NCBI GenBank assembly: GCA_964019335.1
Contig: OZ025706.1
Location: 310,001 to 374,000 of the forward strand
Source of the DNA: Diplonema japonicum
Lineage: Eukaryota; Protista; Euglenozoa: Diplonemea
Reading direction: 5' to 3'
Length of the DNA: 64,000 bases
Shown here piece by piece: positions 44,613 through 55,610 of this stretch. Below the pieces are notes generated by a model. The model saw only the letters and a program-made list of their open reading frames with translations, made no database searches and was not told where the DNA came from. The number at the start of each line of letters is the position of its first letter. Positions within the stretch are counted from its first letter, which is position 1. The translations under genes were made by a program, and so were the position numbers.

Positions 44613-45936
44613 CTACCTGCCCCGGTCATCAGGGGAGCACATATGAGGAAAGCCGATATAAGTAGCGGGAGTTGTGGAAGCAGCAGGTACAACGGTTTGC
44701 TGTTCAAGACTTAACCTTTCTAAGTGGTCCCTAACCTCTTGGCGGCGGGGGCTGGTGAGGTGGTCGTCCTCACCATAGCTAAGCCAGCGGACGCTTCGAT
44801 GGAGGTGCGCTATCAACTGCAATTTTTTTTTTTTTTTTTTTTTCCCCGCACACCTCCGGTTCCAAAACCGGTTCCAGAACCTCCCTCAGCTGCACGATCA
44901 ACTGAAAAATCTCAGAATTTGCCCCGCTCTTCCGTTCAACCTCCCACAGCGAAGGCAGGCTGAACAAGTCGTGCCTCAAAAGATTCAACAAATTATCCGG
45001 AAGCCGCTGTGCGACACCTTGCTCCCTTTGCTTCTCCAAATGTCTGCGTATCAACGTTGTCAAAGAAGTATACAAATTGCGCAGATCAGCCCTTTGAGCA
45101 GCCCCAAACGGATGCGACATTATAACATGCAGCCTAGCCCGGATAATCCGAAAATCAAGATCCAAGTCTTGCAAGCGTCCTTCCGCCACCGTTTCCTTCA
45201 AGGCGGTTGAGGACTGCGCCTCGAACTGTGCTTCCAATTCTTGCTTCAGCTCGGGATTCGGTGCAAGCCTCACAAGCGTTGAGACATCTGGAAGAACCCT
45301 CTCATTGGGCATCAGGACACACGTACATGACACAACGTCTCCGGGCTTCAAACTCATAACTACCGCGTTTCCTACCAAACCACCTCCCAACCTCATGAAC
45401 AGTAACGATGGGAATTTCACGCTTAGTGATATTCTTGCGGGTACGAGTGTTATAACACTAGGAAGCCCTGCTCTTGGGAACACCTCGTGCACTATACACG
45501 GAACGTTTTCATATGTTCTTTTCGGTAATGGAGGTTCATGCTGCCCGGTGTTGATGGGCACGCCATGGTGTTGGCCTTTACATCCCTTGCCTTTCCATCG
45601 TCCTTTGCCTTTACCACGCTGTGAGTAGGTGTTGTGGCGGTAGGGTTGGTCAGTGGGGTACCCGTAGTTGTGATGTTGGTAATGGTGGTGGTGGTGGTGG
45701 TGGTGATGATGGTGTTGGTGTTCGTACCCATAGTTGTGAGATAGATTTGAGGGATGTGCTGTTGTTGTTGGTGTGTAAGCTTGGTAAGCGTCGGGTTGGG
45801 CTTGCATCCAGTCGAGGTGCTGGTGGCCGTGTTGGGCATCTCTCAGAGCAGGAGATGTGTAGGAGGGTGGAGGGGTGTTGCCCGTGTTCCGTTGATGCCT
45901 CGGCGCGGGGTACTGGTCCCACCCGCCGCCTGACAT
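44613..45936 (-). CDS. Hypothetical protein with poly-His/low-complexity N-terminus; intron 44817-44853
   Basis: Long ORF; a GTGTGC..TTGCAG intron continues the frame into LIAHLHRSVRW. Confidence 0.65.
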
Positions 45937-46124
45937 TTACCGGCACAGAGAGAGGGATCCCTCCCTCCCTCCCCCCTCCCCACTCCTCTTCTTTTCTTGC
46001 GTTATTGTATTTTATGGTGGTTTTTTTTTTTTTTTTTTTTTTTCCTTCAGTTTTTTTTTTTTTTGTTCCCCCGTTCCTCCTCCCTCCCTCTCCCGCGTGT
46101 AAACTGAATGTGTGTTTTTTTTTT

Positions 46125-46156
<32 letters not shown>

Positions 46157-46184
46157 TGTTGTAGAATGGGGGGGGAAAGGAACA

Positions 46185-46502
46185 TCAGGGAATATACTGT
46201 GTTTTTTTCGCTGGTGCGGGTTGTGCCCATCGATAGCAATGCCAAGCCAACCCGGCGCACACGCCTCCAAGAGGCAGCCGTAGCAGCCACGGGTTGTGCC
46301 ACCACCCCTTTTTCAAAACCACGTTTTCGCACGCCATTAATTTGTGCATCTCGTAAGAGGCTGTGTACTTGCAATGGCACGCTAGTTCCCCCAGTTTGCA
46401 GCCCACCACATCGCGGTGGTGGAGTATTTTGTACTGGGTTTTATGTATTTTAGGATCGGTAACATCTTCGTCTACCTTGGGCAACCGCTTCTGCCATGTC
46501 AT
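46185..46502 (-). CDS. Small hypothetical protein (105 aa)
   Basis: Homopolymer-free block on the array strand, with the ATG just after an A-rich tract as in neighbouring genes; no recognised domain. Confidence 0.45.
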   Translation of the reverse strand: MTWQKRLPKVDEDVTDPKIHKTQYKILHHRDVVGCKLGELACHCKYTASYEMHKLMACENVVLKKGWWHNPWLLRLPLGGVCAGLAWHCYRWAQPAPAKKTQYIP

Positions 46503-46751
46503 ATTTTTTTTCTCTCTCTTTTCTTTTTATTATAAATCTATCTCCCCCCCTCTCCTCTCCCTCTCCTTTTCCTCTGCCGGAGTTTTGTTGTGTTGTGCCA
46601 AGGGGGGGGGGGGGGGGGGGGGAATATAAGAGAGAGAAAATAAAAATAAAAAAGAAAGGAAAAAGAGATAACATTCTAAAAAAAAAAAAAAAGAAAAAAA
46701 AAGAGATCTATACAAAATAATTATTTTTTTTATGACAATCCCCCTCCCTCT

Positions 46752-48590
46752 TCAAGGCGACATTATGAGATCTCTGTGCTGTGCAACGATATTCTCGGTT
46801 TGGCGAATTTGAAGCTCCAGCTTGTGTATGGTTGCCTTGTAGTTGAGGATCTCCTGGTCTTTCTTGTGGATGGTGGTCATGACCCGCTTCTGAACGGATT
46901 CTAGTTCCTCGCCGTGCGCGTCGCGGAGGTCTTCAATGTGCTCCTCTGCTTTAGTTTCCTGGTGGGCAAGGCGAAGACGAAGTTTTTCATTCTCAGCCTC
47001 CGCCTTAGCTGTGGAAGAGCAGGCTTCCTCCATCCTTGTTTGGTACTGTGCTGCCAGGAGCACTTCTGCAGATTTAAGCCGTGAAGCAAGCTCTTCATCG
47101 AAGTGAACCTGCTGTTCAAACATTCTTTCTTTTTCACGTTTGACTTTTTTCATCTCGTTTGTAAGCATCTCGTCCTTCTCTTCAAGGACCAGTTTCATCT
47201 GTTTGTTCTGTTCTTCCAAACACCCGGTTTTCGACACTAACCTGTCTTTTTCCCTTTCAAGCGTTTCAATTTTTTCGCGGTTTCTCCTTTCAACGTGCCG
47301 GACTTCTTCGGCGTTCTTCATGGCTTCGTCCTCCAGCCTGTTGATGATCGCGGTGATGTCGGCGGTTTTTTCGTTTGCTAGCTTTTCGCGAATTGTTTTT
47401 TCGCGTCTGTCGAGTTCGTCTTGAAGCTCGCGTTTCATGTCCTCACGGATGACGAGTAGCTCGTGGTGTTTCATCTCCTCCATGCGTGTTCTTGCCTCGT
47501 GGAGTTGCTTGTCGGTTTCCCTTCGAAGTGCGTCTTTTTCGTCGGTTAAGGCATCACGCAGAGCTCTGCGTGCATCGTCTTCCTTTTCACGAGATGTTCG
47601 AAGCTCGGACTCCATCGCAGCAAGGGTCGCCCTGTGTCTGGAACGCTCTTCTTCAAAACATCTTTCCACGATTTCCTTTTCGCGTTGCGCGGATCGGTGG
47701 GTTTCTTCCAGTTTGGCCTCAAGACGCGAGGCTTGTTCCGTCATTTTCTGATGCAACATTTCACGCATCTTAGCAATGGCGTCTTCACAATCTGTTGCAT
47801 TACGTGCACCGGTGGCAAGGAGCTCCCTGTCTTTATCCGCGATAATCTGTTCTTTCCTTCTAAGATCTGCTTGGTGCTCCTCGTCAATTCTACGTATTTC
47901 TGCCTTGTGCTTTGAGAGGAGCATCGCAATATCCGGTTCAAGTGCTTTAACAGCGGCGGACTTGATTTTTTTCGTCTCGTTTGCGATCCATGTTTCTCGT
48001 TTCTTTCTCTCTGAAACTGTGATTTGGGATTTTACGTTGGAGACCTCGCGGAGGTGGGCTTGGGCGGTTTTTTCTTGTTCGGCGGAGATTCGGGTTTCAA
48101 GGGTTGTTTTGTCGGTGGATAGATCCTCGCATTTCTTTGTGAGTTTTTCCTTGTCGCTGATGAGCTGGTTGATTAGCTGCACATTTCTCTGTATGACAGT
48201 CTCGAGGTCGAGCTTTTGCATTTCTACGTGTTTTTCAGCGGCTTGCTTGACGTGGGTTACTCGTTCTTCTTCGCGGTGTTTCAGAGTTTCTATCTTTGTT
48301 AATAAGAGTTTAATTGTTTTTTCCTTGTCTTCGGATTCCCGTTGCAGTTTGTCGATTTTGGCTTTTACGCCTGTGAAGACGGATTCTGCTTCGGTGCTTA
48401 CCTCGCTTTCTGCTGCGAGGCTTCTGTCTAGTGATGCCAGAGCAGATTGTGTCAAATGTTGATTTGCAACACACGGGGTGTCCATCTGGATGACGCTTGT
48501 AGTCGAAACCGCATCCACCCCGTCCAGGAAGGTCAGAATGTTGTTGTACTTCAAATCGTTCTTCCGACGTCTTGTTCTCGAGGGGTCCAT
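46752..48590 (-). CDS. CEP131: Centrosomal/basal-body coiled-coil protein, CEP131 (AZI1)-like
   Basis: WIANETKKIKSAAVKALEPDIAMLLSKHKAEIRRI and IQRNVQLINQLISDKEKLTKKCE resemble conserved CEP131 blocks. Confidence 0.75.
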   Translation of the reverse strand: MDPSRTRRRKNDLKYNNILTFLDGVDAVSTTSVIQMDTPCVANQHLTQSALASLDRSLAAESEVSTEAESVFTGVKAKIDKLQRESEDKEKTIKLLLTKIETLKHREEERVTHVKQAAEKHVEMQKLDLETVIQRNVQLINQLISDKEKLTKKCEDLSTDKTTLETRISAEQEKTAQAHLREVSNVKSQITVSERKKRETWIANETKKIKSAAVKALEPDIAMLLSKHKAEIRRIDEEHQADLRRKEQIIADKDRELLATGARNATDCEDAIAKMREMLHQKMTEQASRLEAKLEETHRSAQREKEIVERCFEEERSRHRATLAAMESELRTSREKEDDARRALRDALTDEKDALRRETDKQLHEARTRMEEMKHHELLVIREDMKRELQDELDRREKTIREKLANEKTADITAIINRLEDEAMKNAEEVRHVERRNREKIETLEREKDRLVSKTGCLEEQNKQMKLVLEEKDEMLTNEMKKVKREKERMFEQQVHFDEELASRLKSAEVLLAAQYQTRMEEACSSTAKAEAENEKLRLRLAHQETKAEEHIEDLRDAHGEELESVQKRVMTTIHKKDQEILNYKATIHKLELQIRQTENIVAQHRDLIMSP

Positions 48591-48744
48591 GGTTTCTTTT
48601 CTTTTTTTTTTTTTTTGGAGGGGGGACTTTTTTTTAAGTTAAAAAAAAAGGAGAAGAAGAAGAGAAATATAAATAAAAAAAAAGGATCCTTTCCGCCAGA
48701 TTCCTTTTTTTTTTTTTTTTTTTTTTTCCTTCTCCCACCAGTTT

Positions 48745-48825
48745 TTACACCACGAATAAGGTGTAGTTCAATAAGATGCTTTTAATAAGCGCGGTGGCTG
48801 GGTCCTAAGTGGGGTTTTATTTTCC

Positions 48826-48870
<45 letters not shown>

Positions 48871-48992
48871 ACAAACCTCCAGGTACTCCTTGTCAACGAA
48901 GAAAAAGACAGGCATCTCGATCAACTCGTTCGGTTTGATTCGCTGCTCCTCGAAGCAGAAACACTGGATCTTGTTGAAATACTGCGAGGCCT

Positions 48993-49028
<36 letters not shown>

Positions 49029-49600
49029 CCCTTTAATACCTCGGCAGGCGCCACGTTGTAGGTGGATATTCCTATCAATGTTTTTGCAGTTTTATTGTAC
49101 ACGTTAAAAAAGGCTAAGGCAGGTTCACCTATAAGAACGTCCATCTGGGTTTGTAAAGGGACAAAGAGGACGGGTGATTCCTTTTGGCCAACGGCACCGC
49201 GGAAAATTACGTTGATCACTGAAGAGATGTTGGGCCTGTTCGACTCCCCGTCGAAAATATTTTCTACGTGTTTGTTGACACCCCCACCTATTTGGGGCGA
49301 GGTGGTGCAGTACATTTTGTACAATGGGACAGCGAGCATTGTGCCCCCTAATGAGAAGAAGCAGATGGTGACAATGCCCGCCGCCAGTTTTCTCATTTCT
49401 TCCTTTGACCCGCTCTCCTCTGGGTCGCGGTCTTTTTCACCCATTTCGAAAAGTTTCTTCCCCTCCTTCATCCTTTCCTCCGCTTCTGTCCTTACCCTCA
49501 GTTTGACCCCGCTCTGTTTCCTCAACTCGGACTTGTCACTTTGGCACCTCATCTGCACCAGGGTTCTTGCCACATTCCGGCGTAAGTGGAGGCCCAACAT
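48745..49600 (-). CDS. COX11: Cytochrome c oxidase copper chaperone COX11; introns 48991-49039, 48805-48876
   Basis: [24 protein letters not shown]; after splicing [21 protein letters not shown] and LNYTLF. Confidence 0.93.
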
Positions 49601-49643
49601 TTTTTTTGTCCCCCCTCTCCCTTCTTTCCCCTCCCGTCTCGCT

Positions 49644-49676
<33 letters not shown>

Positions 49677-49718
49677 CCCGGGTGGGGAGCGAGGGAAGAA
49701 AAAAAAGAGAAAAAAAAA

Positions 49719-50044
49719 TGGGGCTTTGATTGCAACACTAGGTGGCGTTAAGCGTGCAACGAAGCACGAAATACCTACTTGATTACAGGGGGCGCTCCTC
49801 GGCCGAGCAGTAGCTTCTTCTGCGTTCCGCGTCGTGTCCTTAATGCATGCGGTGTGCTCAACCCTAGCCGGGGCGTCCCGGGTAACCAAGATTCTGCGCT
49901 CGTGCAGTTTGCTGCCTGTTCGTCACCCTGAGCATCTGCGATACGTTCTTCCACTCGGGCGCTACCGGTGATGACCGACGAGGAGGTCAACAGCGAACAA
50001 CACATCTGATGTACTTCTTATATTTCCATGTTATCCCCACCACC
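49719..50044. mobile_element. Family C dispersed repeat, copy 2 (326 bp)
   Basis: Near-identical to 28205-28528; lies 119 bp upstream of the COX11 ATG. Confidence 0.85.
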
Positions 50045-51143
50045 CAAAAAAAAAAAGATAATAAAAAACAAGAATTTTTTTTGAAAAACTTTTTTTTTTT
50101 TCCTTTTTTTTATTTAGGGGATGAGTGGTGGGATGAAAAAAAAAAACAAAGAACCGATGCGGGGTTTGTTGTGTTTCTCCTTTTTTTTTTTTCCCCCTTC
50201 TTTATTAAACAGGACCGACAATAAGTTTCCCCTGGAGACATTGGGAGTTGGGTTAAGGAGGGGAAATGGTTGGGGGTGGTTAAGTATTGTAAAGAAGAAA
50301 AGAAAAAGAAGAATGGGGGGGGGGGGGGGGGGGGAACAATTAAAAAAAGGAAAGGAAGGAAGGGTTTTTTTTTTCTCTCTTTTCTTTCATTGTTCATTCC
50401 TTCTCAAAGCTGCCGTCCCCCCCCCCCCCATTTTGTTTTTTCCGTTTGTCTCTTAAATCTAAACATCACCACTATTCTCTGCTCTAAGTGGGCAGAGAGA
50501 AAAAAAAGTACAAAAAAAAATAATATAAAAAAAATGAACAGTGTTAAAAGAATAAGTTATTTCTTTCTTTTTTTTTGACAACAAATGAAAAAAAGGGGGG
50601 GGGGGGAACACACACAAGTCGGTTAGGCCCTCCCTTACACACAGGAAGAGGGAAAGAAAAATGAACAACATTCACAAACATGGGTAACCCCCTCTTTCGT
50701 CCTTGCCCCCATGGCTTCCAATGGCTACATATATAGTTTCATAAAGTGTTTAAAAAAGAAAGAAAAAAAGATAACTTCCCCTTTTGTTTTTTTCCTCAAT
50801 TATTTTCTTCTTGTTACTTCCCAAAAGAAGGCTGAAACAGTTTCTTTCTTCGTTACCTGTTCCTTCTCTTCCCCCCTGTGAATGGAAAAAGAAAAAAAAA
50901 AAAAGAGGGGACATAAAATATTTTAAAGGGGGGAATAACAAAGACAGAACACCCTTCTTCCCAAGAGGGCTCGAACCGTTGATTCCTCTACTTTCTTTTT
51001 TTTTTTTTTTTTTTTTTTCCCTTTTTTTTTTTTAAAATTTAAAAAAAAAATTGTTCTTCGCCTTACTTCTCTTTTTCTTCCTTTTTTTAGAAGGGAGGTA
51101 GCCACGCAGATAACAGAAACCGGGTTTTTCCAATCGTTCAAAA

Positions 51144-51175
<32 letters not shown>

Positions 51176-51827
51176 AAAGCCTATTAAAAAAAGACCTAGA
51201 AAAAAAGAAGAAGAAAAATAGAGGGTTTGATTGTTGTACTTTTGCACCAGCCCTCCACTTTTTTTTTCTCGTCAAGTAAAATAAGGGGGGGATGCTTAGA
51301 ATTATGAGAAGCAGAGTAAAACAAAAGAAACTGTTTAGTTTTATTCCCCCTCTTCCCGTCCTTTTTTGCTCACCTATGCTTGTATCTAGCAAAGGTTAAC
51401 CCAAAGGGTGCGAGAAAAAGATAGAGAAAAAATAAAAAATAAATAAGAAAGAGGAGCACATAGGGGGGGAAAGAAAAAAAATTAGATACAGTACAAGTGA
51501 AAAAAAAAGAGGGGTTAAAAAAAAAAAACTGTAAATAAGAAAAAGAAGAAGAAAGGTACATAAGGGTCAACAAGAAAAAAAAAAAAAAAAAGAAAAAAAA
51601 AAACTACAAAATATTTTGGAGTGACTAGCGGAGGTAAGAAAGATGGGAAAGTGAAAGAAAAAAAATCTTGCAAACTTTTTTCGGTTTGGCTCACTGCCCT
51701 ACTGTTTTGTAATTTTCTTTTTAAAAAAAATAAAGGGGGAAGAAAATCACTATGGGGGAGGGGGGGGGGAGGATGTTAGTAACGGACCCACCACCAGAAC
51801 AATCGAGAAAAGTATTCCCTCAAACTC

Positions 51828-51858
<31 letters not shown>

Positions 51859-52584
51859 TAAGCCCACAGGCTAATAACCGAAAAAAGTCAATTTCCTAAA
51901 AAAAAAAAAAAAAAAAAAAAAATGGCAGCATTTAAAGCTCTATAGATTTTTTTTTTTTTTTTTCATTTTTTTTTTAATGTCATATACTTATAACATGTGG
52001 GTTTAGTGGTTAAAATACTTTCTTCCCCTTATTTTGTGGTCTTTCCCTTTCTTCTCAAAAAAGAAAAAAAAAACCCCCATCCTCCCCGAGCCCGTGATTA
52101 CTCCAAATAACAACAGATGGCACCGGAGGTGGGGGAGGGGCACTCATTAGAAATGAGCTTTTCTTTCTTTTGTTTCTCTTGATTTTCTGTTTTCCGAATT
52201 TCTTTCTTACAGCTATACCAAATCACATTTGGATAGGGGCCTTCGGGGGGAGGGGTACATTGTTGTTGCTTTTTTTTTTTTTTTTTTTTTTTTAAATTCA
52301 GCTCCAAAGAACTTTTTTTTAATGTTTTTTTTATGGTTTTTTTTTTTTTTTTTTTTTTTTTTATACAAGACATGGGGTGGGGGACTTTTAGGGCGGGACA
52401 TGACAATGAAAAAAAAAAAGAAGAAAAAAAAATGACAATAAAAAAAAAAAAAAAAAAGAGGTACAGAGTGAAAAGATGGGGCAAAAAAAAGAATCATAAT
52501 GATGTTACTAAACAGGGAATTTAAAAAAAGAAAAGAAAAAAATATGGGGGGGGCCTGGTCTTGTCTCTCACCCTCACACTCTCC

Positions 52585-55467
52585 TCAATCATCAAGATCG
52601 CCACCAAAAACTAAAGCAGGGTGCATCATCTATTTTTTTATTTTTCTACTTTTAAAACCAGCAAAACACACCTTTTGGGCAGGGGAATTGTTTCCGGACG
52701 AGTGTCCAGATGCTCCCAGCCCATTACTGGCGGAGTCATCCGCCCTGTCGTTGGCAGCAGAAGCCGAGGGCGGGGAAACAAATGGCCGTGCATTGGCATT
52801 GAGCCTGAAGGCTCCTGAAGTGCTTTCACTCCTGCTGGGGGTCCGGGCAGGCGATATCTTTTTTTTTTTTTTTTTTTTTTTTTTTGTTACAAATGTTTAT
52901 CTTTCAAAAAAATGATTTTATAAACTATATGCAACTTGTGCCGAGCAAAAAACTTTCGCTTGCGATCTGGCTGGAGGGGTCAGTTCAGCACCGTCGTGAT
53001 GGAGTTGGGCGCCAGTTTCCTCCGCAAAGCCACGACGAGACCGTGGCCGTTCCCCCAACTACAGTTGCTGACATGAGGCGTGCGCTGGCGGTGATGGCCA
53101 ACAACGTCTGGAGAACCCAACCTGACGAATTACCTGAGAGGGTGGTGTGGACTGACGCTTCGTCGACTGCCTGGGCAGGGGTCATGCTGGATGAAGGTGT
53201 CGTGAAGCACGTCACGCAGGGAGTTCTGCGGACAGTGGGAAGCACGTCACATCTTCCTGAAGGAACTAGCGGCAGCCCGGGAAAGAGCTTTTATGGCCCT
53301 CTGTGGGGGGTCCCGCTGCAAGGTATCGCTGATGGTCGACAACCTGCCTGCTGTGTACGCGATTCGGAAGTGGAAGGGGCTGTCATCAAGCTTCATGGGA
53401 AATAAGATAATTGCTGACATATACACTCTTGTAGAAGAGCGTCAGGCATATCTCCACGTCCAGTGGGAGTTCCACACACGAGCAGAAGGCAGACAAAAAG
53501 TCATAAAGAATTATTTTTTTTTTCCTTCTTCCCTCTCCATCTTCCTGCCATACCGCTTGCTTAGAAGGGGTGCTAACCTTCATCTCCCCAATTGAGTTAT
53601 TCAGATTACCATCAGACGGACACGGGCTAGGAAGCGACATATTCTGCAAAAGAGGCGATGTTTGGATCTGTATGATTATAATTTTTCCCCCCCCTCATTT
53701 TCATTTCTTACCGGAAGGAAGGCGGCAGGAGGCGTCATATTCAAAGGAGTAGTCTCAACGGGAATATCAGCATGCGACGAAGGGGTACCACGATCCTGTT
53801 TTTTTTTTTTTTTTTTTTTTCTCCCATACCCCACGCAGCCACTGTCCATCAGGCGTGACACCAAGGGCATCGCCTCCGCGTGGGAATGTTTTTCTTGGCG
53901 GTGTAGCTACGGCACTGACATGGTCAAAGGTCCTGGTACGCAGCCGTGATTCAATACGTTTCCCATGCGGTGTGTTCTTGATAAGATGCATCAGAGGTCT
54001 AATAGCCATTTGCAAGCTGTAAAACTGAGATTGGTTGCAACACCCAAGCGCTGTTTGAATCACGTAGTTCGCGTATTGATCCTGAAGCAGCAAGGGGAGC
54101 TTCGTCCTGTCGCAGAGCTCATCAATGATCAACTGCCTCACGTCCTCCGGGCTGATTTTGAGACACTTCTCGATCACATTAGACGCGAACTTGTTCATAC
54201 TTAGCCCAGGGATGTTGCCCAAGAACTGCCGGATCACCTTCACGTTGATGAAATCCAAGTCCATTTCCAAGATATACTGCAGAAGGTAGTTCCCGAACGG
54301 ATCCTGCACAAGACAGAGGCCATTGTTGATAACCTCATAGACAAGCTGCATCTTTTGGGAATCGGACCCGAACTCTATACACCTCTGCAACACACAGCAC
54401 CCGTGTCTATGAGTTCCAAACTCAACAACACGCTGTAACAATGTGTCGTGGATGGGTTGGTTCACCTCAGAGGGGAACGACTGTAGAACCTGTTGAACAA
54501 TGTGGTTCCCGTTCAGATCCTTGATAAGCTGTGGGATGTTCTGAGTCAGCACCACCATCAGCATGTCGACCTGCTCCTTCGACGCCACCTGTTCAATGAT
54601 CTTCTGTACAACACGTGTCCCGTGCATGTTCATGGAGATGTGCTGCATCTGCATGCCGAGCTTCTCGACTAACAGTTTTTTCTGATGTTCGCTTGCCCTG
54701 TAGAACAGCCCAGGGATCAACGGAGATGTCACGGGGTCTGTGAACACATCCGCAGGTTCCGCCAGTAAGATATCCACCACAGTCCCGATGTGCGGCTCAG
54801 TTCCCTCGTCGGACACCTTCTGCAGCCATTGCATTGCGGACTGGTCTCTGACGAACTCGGTGAGGCGCATTGTTTGCAGATGCTTCAAAAGAACCTCGAC
54901 AGAGACAGGCTGTGATGTGGCGACAGATGGCGGCGCGGGGCTGCTTGCCAGGTTCCATCCCACAGACGCCATACGCATTGCCTGATCCAATGACAGGACC
55001 TGCCCATGTTGCGGCATCGGCATGGAATGCGTTGGCGGTGTTGGTGTCGGGACCAATGGTGGCGGCGATGAAGTGGCGACACGGGCTTGGATTGTAGGTG
55101 TGCCCGGCCTCCTGTCAACATCACCATCAACGAGTTCCTCTTCCGCGTTGTTGAGCAAGTCCAACTCTTTCTGTAGAGCCTCCTTCTGCTGTCTGATATA
55201 CTTCAGTTTGTCATGCTGTGCGCTCCCTCCTGCCCCCCCATTGCCCACCGGTGCAGGTGATGGTGTCGCTGACGGCGTAGGCGGACCGCGGTTCAACAAT
55301 GCTGGCGTGCCCATTCCACCCATCATCCCCTCCCCAGGTGGAAGCAGCTCCGGGGGTGCTCCCACCGTGCCTCCCTTTTCCATATTATCCATACCCACCA
55401 ACGGTGGCGGGGCACCAAGACCTGCCGCACTGCCTAGCAGCGCATGCAAATCCGCCGTGTTGCTCAT
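52585..55467 (-). CDS. Pumilio/PUF RNA-binding protein; introns 53796-53829, 53668-53711, 52858-53553, 52630-52671
   Basis: PUF repeats (HGTRVVQK, NGNHIVQQ, HGCCVLQR, FGNYLLQY, FASNVIEK, YANYVIQT). Four phase-0 GT-AG introns extend the C-terminus; the last intron is the least certain. Confidence 0.88.
52886..53513 (+). mobile_element. Family A element (628 bp) in the PUF intron; cargo is a frameshifted DIRS/VIPER-type RNase H fragment
   Basis: VWTDASSTAWAG, a frameshift at ~53220, then HIFLKELAAA, LMVDNLPAVYAIRK and LHVQW. Termini shared with 30765-31391; poly(T) on both sides. Confidence 0.88.
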
Positions 55468-55610
55468 CCTTGTTGGTTGGTCCCCTCCCCCTCCTGTGTG
55501 CCGTGGGGCTGGAAAAACAGAAAAAAAATGGGGGGGAAGGTTAACATAAAATAATAACTTCTTTTTTTAGCACTCTAATAGGGGAGGAGGGGGAAACAAA
55601 ATAAGCCCCT

